NCBI RefSeq assembly: GCF_001194135.2
Contig: NC_068986.1
Location: 810,470-874,469, forward strand
Direction: 5' to 3'
Source: Octopus bimaculoides
Taxonomy: Eukaryota
DNA length: 64,000 bases
Under the pieces are notes generated by a model. The model made no database searches. It was not told the DNA's origin and saw only the letters and a list, made by a program, of their open reading frames with translations. This document shows, in pieces, positions 1 to 14,480 of this stretch (position 1 is the stretch's first letter; each line of letters starts with the position of its first letter). The position numbers were made by a program, and so were the translations under genes.

Positions 1-438
1 CACACAAAGTCAGACTCTGCTAGATATCTTATTACATTTTCAATAATTCCAAAGACCAACTAATATTCAAAATAAAAATAATTCTATTGCTAAAAGGTTT
101 CATCATCATCATTCTCATATGTCTTCTCATGCAGACACATATTAGAACAGGACATTTTGAAGCAGTATTTTATGGCTGGAGGCCATCGCTAACACCAACA
201 TTTTAGTTACAACTTATGACATGTAGGGATATGGTTTACATATTCTAAAAACAGTGATACAGTTTCTAGATGATAATTTCATGAGCTGGTAACATACTCA
301 TAATCTTAATTACTTTATCAGAAAATTATTAGAAAAAAAGAAAGTTTATACACAATTTTTAGTGTATTCAAAATACATGGTACTCTTTTATTATTCAACT
401 CCTGCATAAAAACCAAAATGTGAAACAAATATAAAAAC

Positions 439-556
439 CTTTAATTTTGTTCTCCAAACGTGTGTCCAGTTCTCTTTCTTTTCTTATTGCCTCATCTGAC
501 AGCTTAGGTGCTCCTGGAAAAGCTATGAGGACAATGCTCATGTTATCTCGACTTCC
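439..556 (-). CDS. PPM1A/B: PPM1A/B-type PP2C phosphatase, second coding exon ([39 protein letters not shown] + 1 nt)
   Basis: Long polypyrimidine tract ending ttacag (AG at 558-557). Phase 0 start GGA AGT CGA GAT AAC = GSRDN, the motif carrying the last PP2C metal-binding Asp. Continues directly from ...DTCLYK of the upstream exon. 118 nt, ending G|GTTTTT (GT at 438-437). Confidence 0.95.
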
Positions 557-3250
557 CTGTAAGCAGAATATGAAGGTTATGAAAAATAAATACAAGTAAA
601 TAAGAGAGAAGAGAGATTTGAAGAATAGGGGGGAAAAAAAAGAAAGAAAAATGTAAATTTCAAATGGAATGACATCTAAAGCAAATGGGAATCAAATTCA
701 CTGATATATTTGGAACCCTATTACATAGATTATCCAGATTCTAGTATGCTGTGAATTAAATGCTATCTAAAACATAATAGAAAAATAAAATATATATGAG
801 CAGAAACAATCAAATTCAGGCATTGCCTAGTAAATTTGACAGTAATCCAGATGGTGGTGGTGGTGGTGGATTGTCTTCCTTGGTTTAAAAAACACCAGTA
901 AGTGTAAACCAGGAAATCATTTTATTCTTTCAACAACAAAATGGAACTAATTTATAATTATCACAAAGTGAGATTAAGGTTTGGCTTTTAACTCAGTTTC
1001 CAAACAACTCTTAACTTCAGGGTTCAATTTTTAGCTCACTAAAATATACAGTTAACACCAGATTGGTTTCTATCTTCTAAATTTTATTATCCATTTAATT
1101 TAACACAAAAGGATTGATTGTAATCAATTAGTTCAATTAACTGGTATGAATACAAAGTTGGCAGAACTATGTGAACAATTTAGGATTATTTTATAAAAGG
1201 TTAACTTTTATAATATTAATATCGCAGAATCGTGAGAAGTATATAAAATACTTTTATTGAAATTTGATAATTTTCTCTTAATAATGTTTGTTGGCTTATT
1301 TGTTGGCATATTAGTGGTTGCTTTTTATAGTTTGTTAGAGTGAAAAGAGTTCAGGAATTTTCAGTTGCAGAAAAGGCCTAATAATTTTTTTTTCATTTTG
1401 TTTACCTAGAGATATTCTGGCACTAAAAAAGATGTCATTAGGAAACTGAAGTATATCATATCCACATTAAGCCTAACAGTATGAAACTAGCATGAAGTGA
1501 TAAGATATTATCTGAAATTTCAAAATGACTTAAGCTAAAAAAAAGGAATTGAAGTATGGTGTGTGTTCACTGGTTTGTTTCATATCTATTTTCACATGCT
1601 GGTATGGCTTGAATGATTTTTTTTTTTTAAGACAGCATTTTATGGCCAAATGCTTTTTCTGCTGCCAATCCTTACCTAACTTAAGGACTTTTTTTTTGCT
1701 GCATTAGACTTTGAAAGCAGAGCTACAGAACCTATTGTTCCCAGGCAATGTAAACATAGCATCACCATTTTTACCTCAGCAGAAATATCAACACACAATA
1801 TCCTTCAATATAGTTTCTAACTCTGGAAGCTATGATAGAAGACATTTGCCCATGGCGGCAGTGGGATTGAAACCAAAATGATATTGTTATAAAGCAAACT
1901 CCATATATCTACACTTATAGAGTCAAATTTGAGCATATGCTTAATTGAAATTGAGATTTAATACAACATTTGCAAATAACAGAGAATTTAAGTATTTTTC
2001 TTCTTTTTTTTCAATCATTTAGAAAGTAGCTTATTAGATTTTTTTTTTAATGCTGACAATTAAACAGCAAAACCAAAGTTATTTCCAGAGAGACTTATTA
2101 TGTGGAAGCAAAAAGACCTTAATACTTTGTTCAACTACTTTAATTTTCTTTTAATCCTGACCATTTTCCCTGGTTCTTCAAAATATATTCCTCGCTAACA
2201 AAGCTAATACTGTTAAAAATTTTCATAGTTTTATCATTTAATCTGCCCGTGGCTCAATTATGAAAGCTAATTTCACCCATCCTGCTACTATTTAAAACTG
2301 ATTCATTCTTTAGCTATTATTACAATGTATGTCTAAGCCAGACCAAAACATTTTGAACACAGTGTATTTGCATTTAATGTGAAAACTCAAATATTAACAA
2401 CAGGTTGCAAAGAAAATTTGAAACTATATACAGTATTGTTCAAAAGGTGTTCTAAATTCATAGTTTTATTATATGTGAGAAGGAACAATAACCAATTATG
2501 TTATCTTTTAAATAATCTTGTAGACATTCAGGTGAAGCAGTGCATTTTCGTTGGGTTTCAAGAAGCGAAAAGTAGTCATTTCACTCCTTTCAATGGCAGT
2601 AAAAACTCTTAACATATAATCACAAAACCTAATTTAATAATTGTGTGCTAATTATATACTTAGTGCTCATTACCATCTTTACTAATTGTGGCCAATTTCT
2701 AAACCAAAAGGAAAGCATTAATATTGCATATTTTAGAGGAACAAAGCATTTTCAAAATTGGAAGTGAAGAGAAAAGTTTTCGAAAAAAACAAAAATTATG
2801 AAATTTGCTGTCAGGAACAGAAAAAAAAAATCTCAAAACAAAGTTTCTGTTGAAAGCTGTATCCAAAGTTACAAATGTCCCCCAAAACATAAAAAGATAT
2901 ATCTGAAAGACTAATTCCTCACTAGAATAATGCAGATAATTTAATTTCAAATCATTTTGCAGGTTAGTAATGAACATTGTAAGAAAAGTTGGTATCAATA
3001 AAGCAAATTTCCACAAATTTAAGAATTTCTCTCTTCATTAGCAACATTCTATCAATTTCAAATTTCCTCTCAGCTAGACAGTTGCATTGTCACCATATCA
3101 GTGCAGCAAGCTATGGTAGCACCAAAGTTCAAATGCTGTGCACTAGCTTTGAAGCTCAAATATTTTTGATCTTTGTGTCAGAAAAAGTACCATTCAGTGA
3201 TATAAGAAAATTTTAGGGAATGCTGATCACAATGAATTATTTTTATATTT

Positions 3251-3379
3251 GGTGTTAGAAAGGGCATTCAGCCATATATGCCAAATCAGACTGGAGTCTG
3301 GTGCAAACTCAGCTTACCAGCCCTGGTTTAACTGTCCAACCCATAACAGCATAGACAACATATGTTAAATGATGATGAT
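3251..3379 (+). mobile_element. SINE/RTE 3' tail fragment ending in (GAT)n
   Basis: ggtgttagaaagggcattcagcc...caacccat...gttaaatgatgatgat; homologous to the tails at 4870, 14481, 27792 and 60920. Confidence 0.75.
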
Positions 3380-3398
3380 TTATTTACTGGTTGGGTTT

Positions 3399-4860
3399 GA
3401 AGGAAGGGGCTGTGCCTATTGCTTTCACAGGCTCCAACACTAATGAGACCACTGTCATTAATGTCCCTAGTCAACACTTACAACTTGATAGCTGCAGGAA
3501 TAATTTTTATGATGGAAATTCCAGGGGATCTGATATTCTAAGAAGGAAGGAATGAACATAGTGTTTAGTGCAAGGCCTTGAAGTGGAGACGATATGGGTA
3601 ATGAGAGGCGAGCGGGTCTAGTGTGCCGGAGTAGAGACAGTATGAGACAAGCCAGCCTAAAGGTGTAGAGGGAACTGCAGGAGTAAAAGAAAATAGACAC
3701 AGGGTGTCAGTGGGCCAGAGGTGGAGGAATATTAGTGAGCAACTCACGTCAATCAGTCAAGTGGCCTCTCTTTGGATGTAGTCCAGGATGTGTTTGTGTG
3801 TGTAACAGCACACACACACACACAGCTCCTTTTGGTAAGAGACCAAAAGCACTGGGTGCTGTTTTGACAGTGGGAGTGTTTGGGCACTGTTAGATACATG
3901 GTATGAAAAGTCTTGGCGCAGTGCTAGGTAAAAGTTGTATTACTTAGCACTGCGACTGCTCCAAGACTGGTTTCTAAGAGTGGGTGATATTCTCCAAGCA
4001 TTTTAGATCATGTTCTTTACCTGAGCTACTGAAGCACAGCTGTGAGTGAACTACTTGTGCTACCTAGGGCTGAGTTTAGTTTTATGTGGTGTATAACTAC
4101 AGGGGAAGCATGTTGAAAAGGATGGTATGAAGTCACCTGCTTAGGTATTTTGGACAGGGTAGCAAGTGCTGCTACAGATAACTCTCAGCAAAAACCTGAG
4201 GGCAATCTGACCGGTAGACTAACTTGAAGTTCCACAGAGTTTAAGAGAAGGAATGCAGTGAACGGATGAATGGTGGATGGATGCAATAAGGCAGTAGTCA
4301 GATGAACTTAAAAGGTGCGGAGACAGTGATGGTTTGGTAAAGGTTGTCTTCAGATTAAAAATAAAAAAAGAGTTCAAATATGTTTGGAGTGTCTGTTTCT
4401 CAGTCAGAGATGTATATAGGGAATAAAACTAACAGATGCTAAGAGAGAGAGGAGGACTGTAAAAGATTTGGTTTAAATACGAGAGCCAAAACTGATTGAA
4501 GTCATTGGAGAGAAGGACTTTAGTGAAGGGTGAAGTAAAATGTTCTTGATACAGGAAGCAATTTAGTCAGAGTTGTTGATTGGAAGAATCCAGAGAGCAG
4601 TAGAGGAAGAAGTAGATGTGTTTAGAGAAGGGGTTGGGAAACTGAACAAGAGTAACTGGAAGTCTTTCTGGCTGATATCCAAGTGCGGTCAAGAGTAGAA
4701 TTTACATGTGGAGGACACCATCTTTCAAAGTGATGGTTTGATAACAAGGCTTAGTTAAGGGTTATCACACAAGATAAATAAAATGTGAGTTTCTATGTCA
4801 GTAAGAGATGATATGTGGAGTCTATGTTGAGAGAACAAGGGACGATTGTTCAGTAGATCT
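3399..4860 (-). mobile_element. Decayed CR1/Jockey-group LINE fragment (3' part)
   Basis: Remnant translation LLRHTRPARLS...PWN resembles CR1-group RT C-termini. The 3' end is similar to the copy at 50141-50650. Many stops. Confidence 0.5.
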
Positions 4861-4869
4861 TGTTTTTGG

Positions 4870-5023
4870 CATCATCATCATCATCGTTTAACGTCCGCTT
4901 TCCATGCTAGCATGGGTTGGACGACTTGACTGAGGACTGGTGAAACCGGATGGCAACACCAGGCTCCAATCTAAATTTGGCAGAGTTTCTACAGCTGGAT
5001 GCCCTTCCTAACGCCAACCACTC
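4870..5023 (-). mobile_element. Young 5'-truncated SINE copy with RTE-type (GAT)n tail
   Basis: (CAT)n-cgtttaacgtccgctttccatgctagcatgggttggacg...gcccttcctaacgccaaccactc; near-identical to the copies at 14481, 25326 and 43268. Confidence 0.9.
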
Positions 5024-8000
5024 TAGAAGTATATTTGCACAGTGGGACACTCTCGAAGGTATTGTCATTTCACAATACCTTCCTGTTGAAAACCTCATCT
5101 GTAAGCTTGCCACAGAATGAATTCCACTTAAAGATGGAAAACCACAAGACATGATGTACCGACGTCATCTAAAAGTGGAAACCATTTACACCATACATAA
5201 GAGGGCTACATAAAAAAAAAAAATGGATACTCAGAATGAAACAGCATGTGTGTGTGTGATTTAGCTATTAATACATGAGGTACAAACTAGTTCACTTTTA
5301 CATGCCTATAAGCTCTAAGACCAAATGTAAATAAACAAGACCATTCATCAAAACTATAAATGGCAATACAATCCAAAAAGAAAGTATTTAAGATTAATCA
5401 TAACCAAATATTTTTGCATTCTATCAATGTTTATAGCAAATTAATAATGAAGGCATTAGTTACTTGATAAGGCTTGTATATAAAACCATTAAACAAACAG
5501 CATTTCTTCAGAATCAAAACAGGAACTCTTTTTAGAAACTAAAAATTACTATTTCTCCTACAAAACTATTTCAATCCTGTTTGACATATATCGTACAAAT
5601 CCATTGTTAAAAAATTATAACTATTACTTTCAGTTGTTGTTGGCTGCAGGCCATATTGGATAGTAATCAATTTTGGCTCAGCACACAAGCACAGAAAGTG
5701 ATAAAGTAAATACTGTGAATAAAAAAAACAAAAAAACAAGCTTGCATAACAAAGTGCAAGTTAAACCTGTCATAGTAAATAACATGCACAATTTATTAAC
5801 ATCCATGCATAAAAACTATATTACATTAAATATTTCATCAATATTACATGAATATGGAAATATTTTGTAAAATTAATAGAAAATGCCTTCAAAATTAGGA
5901 CAATATAAGTTGTAAACTCATCTCTTATGATAAATCTGTACGGTTATAAAACTTTTAGATAACTAATATGCTTCTCAGCAAAAGGTTTTCTAAATTTCTG
6001 TAATTTATACAAAATTATTGCAATGGAGAAGACAACAAAAAAAGGAAAAAGAAACTTCATTTAAGTTTTATTTACATACGAAAAAAGCAAAATACATCTG
6101 GGAGAATATAAATACATCAGAAATAATTTAAATCCATTGTGACCAATATTTCTCATTAAATTATCAGTGAAAGATTTAGATGGAATTAGCAAAGCAACCA
6201 TTCTCTTTCAGCTGGCATTTAGACTATAAAAGGCTCCTCCAAAAGATTATTTTTGTGTACTCGTATATAATTTCTGTAGCTTAAAATGATGGGCTATCGA
6301 TTAAAATCGGGTTTTTGAGACATTTGCTCTAGAAAAACAACATACAGGTACATGGAAAGTAATTTACATTAAGAATAAGACACTGGCATTAAGAAACACA
6401 CACAATGAAAAAAGAAAATTACATCATCAAATATCCTCTTTTCCATGCTTGCATGGGTGAGATATCCTACCTGTTGCCAACTCTCACCCATTTCCTAGCA
6501 AGGTAATAATTGCTCAAAAATAAAAAATTATGGAAAACTGGAAATGATCAACCTTATTTGTATAAAGGTGACATTTGTTTACAGCCATCACATGTCAACG
6601 ATGGGCTTCTTTCAGTTTCCACCAACCTAATTCCCAAGGCTTAACGGACACTTGATTAAGGTGTCACACACTGAGACTAAACCAGAGACCATTTGGCTGA
6701 TAAGCAAGTTTCTCAATCACACAGCCACATCTGCATCTATAGTTTTACTAAAATATTTTGTACTTCTCCAAGTTCAGAATCTTAAGACGGCCACTAAACT
6801 AAAAGAAACCAACATTTTTTCTTACAAAATATCTAATATGTGCAAAACTATCCAAACCATGGCAGCAAAACCAAAATATTGAAAAAGATGACACACACAC
6901 ACACACACACACACAAATATATATATATATCATTTTACATCAGTTCTGCTGGTATGGGTTGGAACAGATTACACAGTGATTGAGACTGAGAGGGTGATAG
7001 AGGAGAGAGTAATCGAAAAGTGACAGAGCTGAAGGTGTTGACAGCTATACGTTTGCTAGTGAGAACTCAAACACTATGGATGGTAATAGAGAGGGATGTC
7101 ATTAGTGAAAGGCTGGGTATGGAAGTGGCAGCTGGCAGCACAGGGGTGTTGGTAGGGTGTGCCAGGTGGGAACACATCTGACGCTATCCTCCATATGCAA
7201 GATATCTTGATGAGAGAGAAAAAGTGGAATTAGGATAACGGCAGAATCTGCACAGTTCCATTCCTCGTGGCACAGGTGACACAATGCAGTGACTAAAAGA
7301 GAATACAGGCGAGAGTCCGGGAAAGGAGGGGTTCAGTAATGTCACCCCTAGTTACAAGAGGCACAGCTGACCAGTGTATAACCATTCTCAGAGTGGTCGT
7401 AGGAGTGGCTGCACTCAGTTCCTGCGTAGATCTCCATTCATGTTCTGCAAAATATGTCTCTCGAACGATGCAATGGTTAGCATAGGCTTTGTTTAGTCAG
7501 ATGAAGTAGCAGAAAATAAGTGACCTTTATGTCAATAACACAAACACTGAAGGGATTTGCTAGAATCAGGAAGGTTCAAATAAGCACAAACAAAAGCCTC
7601 TAAAAATCTGCATACTGCTTCGTTTACTGAGGAAGTAAATGCTGCTTCTACAGAAAAGAATACATCACCACTACCAGAGGATCTTAAGACCTTCTTCTTC
7701 TGTGCCATTATGGAATTAGTGCTACTGTATGGGTACACTGCTTGGACACTCACCAGATACCTAAAAGCAAAGCTTTGTGGCAAATGTTATGAGGGTAGAA
7801 ACAAAGTGGAGTAGGACATTATCTTCAAATGAAAACTGACACACAAAGAAGACACTTTGGTTCTCCTACAAAGATGGGTAGACTGTTTATCCTGTTTAAC
7901 ACCACTGCCAGGTCCTTGGGTACCTTTGGTGAAGTGTTTTGTTGCTTGCATACAATCCACTCTCCCACCCACATTCTAGCATTACTCAATCCATTTGCCT

Positions 8001-10094
8001 CCCACACCTCTGAACATTAATAACCTTTTCCCACTGTTATGTTTAATACACACTCAGCATAAATTATTCCACCCTTCACTCAGCATTAATATTCAGCACA
8101 GGCATAATCTACGCAACCTAGACACCACAAGACAATCTTACACCAAAAGCAGAGTGCATGAAAGTATCTTCAATTCTAATATATAACCCCTGCAATCACT
8201 GTCAATAAAATCATTGTATACAACTCCTTTACTACACAAAATTAAAATCTTGTAAGTTACTAGAAATTCTAGATTTAGTTTCCCAATCCTTGATTACTCA
8301 TGGAACTCTTATTGATAAACAAAATGTGTTAACTAATTATCTAATATCATTAAAACTGCAGTGAAATACAACTAATGTGTGTGTGTCTTTATTGGCAAGA
8401 TGACCCTCCCCAAGTTGAACAATATCTGTTTCAACACACAGTTTCACATCAAGATTTGTTGAACAATGTCTGACGACAATCTTGCTCAGGAAGAGGATTA
8501 AGTGAAATGAGATTAAAAGGATGTTAATATTATGAGGTCCTTCATTAAAGCTTAATTAGACCACTGTTTTAAGTGAAATTAACAGTTTTGTACAATATTT
8601 ACTGTACTGATCTCAAGTTTGTGTATTTAAGGTTAATTCATACATCGTTTTGTGTATTTATACACATCAGTATAGTGGTAGCTACAGGGTACAGAACTTA
8701 AGCCAACTCTTCACAAAATAAACATTTTTTTATAGAATTTCATATTATTGGATTGGTAGAATCATTATTTACTTCTGGCCATTTATGATCTGAGTTTCAA
8801 ACCTCAGAGGTCAACTTTACCTTTTATCCTTTTCGGGAGGGATCAATAAACCAAAATATCAGTTCAGTACAAAGATTTAACATAATCAACTACTTCCACT
8901 AGTTTCCAAGTTTCTAACCTTGCCACACACTACTTGTTCCAGCTATTTATCTTAATTTCAAATCATTTCAAGGTCAACTCTACATCCTTCAGTGGGTCAA
9001 TATTTACAACCATTCCCTATCCCCAAATTTCTGGCCTTGTGCCTATGCTAGAAACATTACTACTACTACTATTACTACTACAACAACAAATGTATAGGTA
9101 CAAGGGGAGCACACAAGGTACAAAGGCGTCTTTAGTCATGCCAGAGGTAAGACAGTTTAGTGCCAGTACCTAAAATGAATCTTGTATACTGTAAAAAAAA
9201 GGTTAACAATAGGAAGGGCATCCAGCTATAGAAATTTCACCAACAATGTGACACGAGCTCCAACTTATCTAAAAGGGCAAATAACTCTGAATTAGAAAAT
9301 TTAAAATCTGTTCAAACCATACTAGCATAAAAAATGGGATTTCAAATGGTGGTGATGTATTTATATCCATCTTCATTACTATTCCATGTATTTCTGTTTT
9401 GTGATATAATCATGTACTTTTGTAGGATACAAATTGTATTTTCTAAGAACGAGTTCTAATACAGCAGAACATTTTCTAAGCCAACACTCTCCAGTTCCCA
9501 AGAGTACCAGATTACAACATTTTTTATGGCATGTTCTCAATTACATATCAAACTGAAATAAGAGTTAATTTTGCTTACCATTATGAATTCTAATGATGTT
9601 GATGGTAATTACTTTAGAATTACTACCATTCAAACAATTATTTTATAAAAAAATTTTTTTCTTCTCATGTAACTTGGACACTTCATTCATAAATTTCACA
9701 ATCTGAATATAGCCAAATTCTTACAGTTTAATCCATTACTCTCAGAAGTTTACAGTTATAGCACAATAAGGCAGATTTAAGCAGTAGTCCATGACAATTG
9801 AGAAATCAACATAAATTCAACATGATAACTAAACCTAAACTAGTTCAAGTAACTAGTATATGACATGGGTAAAAAGTCTCATAGATAAGGAAAGACAATA
9901 GCAAGTACAAAGGTATGAAGAAAAGTACTGGTGACTAAGAAGGTTTATTTTTAACCTCTCAGCAGACAGCATCAAAATTATTGAAGGAAAGTGAGTTGTC
10001 ACCCTCTCAATCCAGCTGAAATAATTTGACTTGTGCAGCTAAAATATTTTGTAATTTCAAGTTAAATCTTTGCTACTATTTGAAAATATAAATA

Positions 10095-10287
10095 TTGCTT
10101 CAAGGCACAAGGCCAGCATTTTGGAGGAGAGTGTAAGTTGATTAAATCAACCTAAATACTTGACCGATACCTTACTTTATCGACACTGGAAGGATGAAAA
10201 GCAAAACTGACTTTGGCAGAATTTGAACTCAGAATGTGAAAAGCTGAAACAAATACAAGGCTGACATGTAAATGGTTCTGCCAATCC
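10095..10287 (-). mobile_element. SINE fragment (family with ...ttctgagttcaaattc...tttcatcc)
   Basis: Similar to 58857-59040 (minus) and to ~8760-8930 and ~60000-60150 (plus); B-box-like GAGTTCAAAT. Confidence 0.65.
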
Positions 10288-10670
10288 AGTGACACAAATT
10301 GAAATTTTTTATATATTGTGCTTTAGTCAGTAAACCGTTTTCATTATGTTCTTCATTTTAATTTTAAATAATCCTTTCATATCTAAAAAATGTTTACATA
10401 CCATAATTGGTGGGTTTTTATACTGCTGAGAAAAATAAAGCAAATCTGTCCACTGTAGTAAATTGAAGCAACTAAAATGTCCAGCTATCATTTGAGGCAA
10501 AATATATTTCTATGGCTCAAGAATTCACTCAACATTCACACAGCATTGGATAGTCTACAAATTTGGGGGTTTGTAAGAGGGTGCTGGATTAAATGTTTAA
10601 GATGAGCAAGTACTCAAGAAATCTGAGAACTAGTTTGAGATGAGAAGATACATAGAATCAGGAGGTAACT

Positions 10671-10880
10671 TTAACCCATTAGCATTCAGATTACTGTCAA
10701 ATATGATGATTCAGATAGATTTGAATTAATCATGCATTATCTTGAGGCTTTGAGATTCCAATGATGTGATTGCTTATTTTTACAATGACATTGTTAGGTA
10801 GGTGCGAGAGGCCAGATCTGGCCAACTGGAATATAAAACAAGTTTCAAATTTTGGGCCACATATGGCAACTTTCAATGAT
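10671..10880 (+). mobile_element. TTAA/CCC-ended MITE, partial copy
   Basis: Starts ttaacccattagcattcagattact; homologous to 16260-16477 (reverse) and 27524-27734. Confidence 0.7.
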
Positions 10881-11804
10881 GATGAATCTGATCAACCAAC
10901 CAATCCTTAAGCTGAACTCTTCCTACCTGGGACCAATAAGTTAAAACTACCCTCAAAGCGATAAACTATAAAACCTTTTATTTTGGAGAAATTTCAAATT
11001 AGAAACAAATTAGGAAGCAAATTTGTGTTTTTTAAGATAAATTTTTGAGAAATTTTATGAAGAGCCAAATAACTAAATAACTAATTCAAAAATAATAAAA
11101 TTATGACAATGAGAACAAAATTCTTTAAGAATAACCAATGCCAATATCCATCGAATGTGATGTGTGACAAATCTATTCTACCAAAGCAAAATAGTAAGAG
11201 ATTTCTTAGAAAATCCAGATAAGTTAATAGAATTACAACTGTGACTTCCTGTTGAAATGGTTAAGATTTTGAATGCCAAAATGATGAATGTGTTCCAACT
11301 CTGTACTAGTTCACCAAATATGGAGCAGTAAATAGTAAAGCTTGACCCTGGTTCAGTCTAACGTAGGCATTCTTCTACCTGAAAACCAACACCCATAATT
11401 GAGGCCACACCAGTCTTATCACAAAATGGAGGGGAAGCAGGAAAAGAGAGAGAGAGAGAGAAAATTGCAACTTTTTGAATGAGAGAAAAAGGGAAGGGCC
11501 AACAAGTTACTCATATGCTTACAAGCACTGCCAAAAATTTTCATACATATTAAGAGAAATAGATACAATCTGTAGAAAAGACAAAAGTGAAAATGAAATT
11601 TTGGTTTTTGATAATTTTAAACTTTTTGAAGATGAAGCCAACTGATTCTTATAAAATCAGTAGGCTTTTTCCTTTTAAAGATTAAAAGAGAAAATGGTTG
11701 TTATTTAAAGTCTATAAAAAAAATTTAAAATATAATATCAGGACAGGTCTTTTTTCTAGAATAAAATGCATGTGCTTATAGATTAAACCAGTTATCTAAC
11801 AAAT

Positions 11805-11935
11805 GCAGGAGGCATGGCTGTGGGGCAAGAAGCTTGCTCCCCAACCACATGGTTCTGGGTTCAGTTCCACTGTGTGGCACCTTGGGAAAGTGGATTTGGT
11901 TGACAGAAATTGGGAGAAGCCCATCATACATATAT
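11805..11935 (+). mobile_element. tRNA-derived SINE head (ggcatggctg...gggttcagttccactg...ccttggg)
   Basis: A-box/B-box-like head followed by a CORE-like ccttggg(c)aag; same family as ~15845, 18671, 27051, 30743 and ~38670. Confidence 0.8.
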
Positions 11936-12212
11936 ATCTTCTTCTTCTTACACACCACAGTAAGCACATAAATGCGAAACAAGACAGAAAAAATAGTACT
12001 AATACTAGAGGTAGAGTAATATGCTTTGTAATAAAGTATATACATATATATATACACACCCACCCACCACCATTTAACGTCTGCTTTCCATGTTGGCATG
12101 AGTTAGACAGTTTGACTGGAACTGATAAGAGAGAGGTGCATCAGGTTCCAGTCTGATGTGGCATGGTTTCCCTTCCTTATGCCATATATATGTGTGTGTG
12201 TGTGTGTGTGTG

Positions 12213-12415
12213 TCACACCATCACTTGACAACTGATATTAGTGTTTACGTCCCTGTAACTTGGTGGTTCGGCAAAAGAGACTGATAGAACAAGTACTAGG
12301 CTTACAAAGTCCTGGGGTTGATTTCTTTGACTAAAAAAGAGAAAAAACCCTGTTAAGGTGGTGCTCCAGCATGGCCATAACCAAATGACTGAAACAAGTA
12401 GAAGAATAAAAGAAT
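12213..12415 (+). mobile_element. SINE body/tail following (TG)n
   Basis: caccatcacttgacaac...tttacgtccctgtaactt...ccagcatggcc...aaatgactgaaacaagta; homologous to ~61075-61280. Confidence 0.75.
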
Positions 12416-14480
12416 CCACAAATTTGTATATATATTTAATTTTTTGGAAAGTAGTGACTTAAAAAACATAATATGATTATTCAAAAGGTATTAAGTTACA
12501 GAAGTTATCAAGTGATCAACTGACAGATAATATTAGTCAGCACAACAGTTTATCTTTAATTTATCCAAACCTTTTCTCATTCACTATCACATTTAACACT
12601 CCACAACTAATAACTTTGTCTCAAGTATCTCCTGGTTTCAGGCCTGTATCCTATCAACAAAGTGAAGGAGTAGAGAGGCTTATTTGAATCATGGGTGACC
12701 TGCAGCACGAGCTGTATGAAGTGCTTTTGTTATTTTGTAGGGCACACAATCATGTCAGAACGTAACTTTTTATCAGAATTCTGCAACAATCTTTATGTCT
12801 GACTTAATATGAACAATTTCATTTCTCACAAATATTATGGGTTGCTTTATGTAATGTTTTACTGTACTACAATAGGGTTTATTCGATTATTGTTTTAGTG
12901 TTGTGGCCTTTATATCTAATATGAAGAAAAAGGCCTGTAGACAGATAAAGGTTGGTTTTTGCCTTCACTCAACCTGCTAGAAGTAGATACCAAATCCCAC
13001 ACAGATCACATCCATCTTGAGACATTGGATAACATCCTAGATACACTGGCCTAAAAATAAATGATAGGGATGGTCTTTGTTGGAATGCCTTTCATCACAG
13101 TTCTGCTGATATGGAGCTAAAAGACAATATTAATGAGATAAAAAAAAAAGGAGTCTGTGAGATTATCTGCTAGGACCGACCAAATCTCCCTCATACCATA
13201 CCCTATCAATCTTATAAAAAGGATACATTGGATATTGTAGTCCTAAATATCAGAAAAGATGGGATAGTCACAACTTGAATCCTCCTCCTCCTCCAACATC
13301 TGTTTTCCATGCTTGCATGACTTGAACGTGAATGCCATTGGTTTAATCGTGGTTGGAGCTAAACAACTCATTCATAGCCATAGCATGAGTATAATCGGTC
13401 TTCACCAATATCTCTGAATGCAATTACTTGTTCATTTTGCAAGTCATGCACATCACATACCTAAACTGCTCAGATGAGTTTTTTTAAGGGAAAGGAGAAA
13501 AAAAATTTCCAGGTTCTTCACTTAATTCCATTCCTTAACCTCAGTTTATCATCATGTGTGCATGCATTCTCAAGCTGGGATTGAACCAAGAACTTTTATA
13601 CAGATCTGTAGTACGTTACTCTCTATGAAATGGACAAATAATACAGTTACTAAAACTGACTTATTTGTACTATTTGTCAGTGGCCGAGAAGTCAAGTAAG
13701 TTAGAACTTACTATGAAATAAAGGTTTGACAGTTCAAGTTCAAGTTCAAGTTTATGCTGAATACACATCTGCAACAATATACATATATATATATATATTT
13801 TTTTTAATTTGGTTAGCAATTCTAATATTTTTCTTCTATTAGAAAACAATATTCAATTAAAGAAAAAAACATTTCCATTGCTGTATGTTCTCTACTCTCT
13901 CTAAGGTTTACCAAGATAAAAGAATAGGACAATTATACAGCTGACTAATAGTTTACAGATTAAATGGAAAATTTAATAATTAGCTTTATAACTTTTCAAG
14001 ATTCATTTAAAAAAATGAACAGGTCTATGTGACAAAGCACACAATTTAGCTATCAACTTATGTAATGGGAAGAAAACAATATGTTATTAAGTTTAGATAG
14101 ACTTTTTATAAGATTCCGGGTTTGATATACAAGAAAGACATAGGAGGGAGAAAACACAAAATATCATTTCTTCTTTTCTTTTACTTGTTTCAATCAATGG
14201 AATAAAGCCATGCTGGGCTAATGGCTTTTTTTTCTTGATCAAATCAATCCCATCTTATTTAAAGTCTGGTATTTATTCTATCAATCTCTTTTGCCAAACA
14301 AAAAAGTTATGGGACATAAACCAACATGAGTTGTCAAGTAGTGAGAGAAGGAACAGCGAATTCGAGCAGAGATGTGCACTAAGTAAAAGCTAGACAACAG
14401 TGACATGCTCTCCCACTGATCCTCTGAGCTTGTCACCAATCATTGTTGCTGACTTGCATGTTCATTACTCAAGATGTTTT

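Noticed and set aside
8934-9173. ORF with poly-Leu/poly-Gln
   Set aside because: It is an (ACT)n(ACA)n microsatellite at the tail of a SINE remnant.
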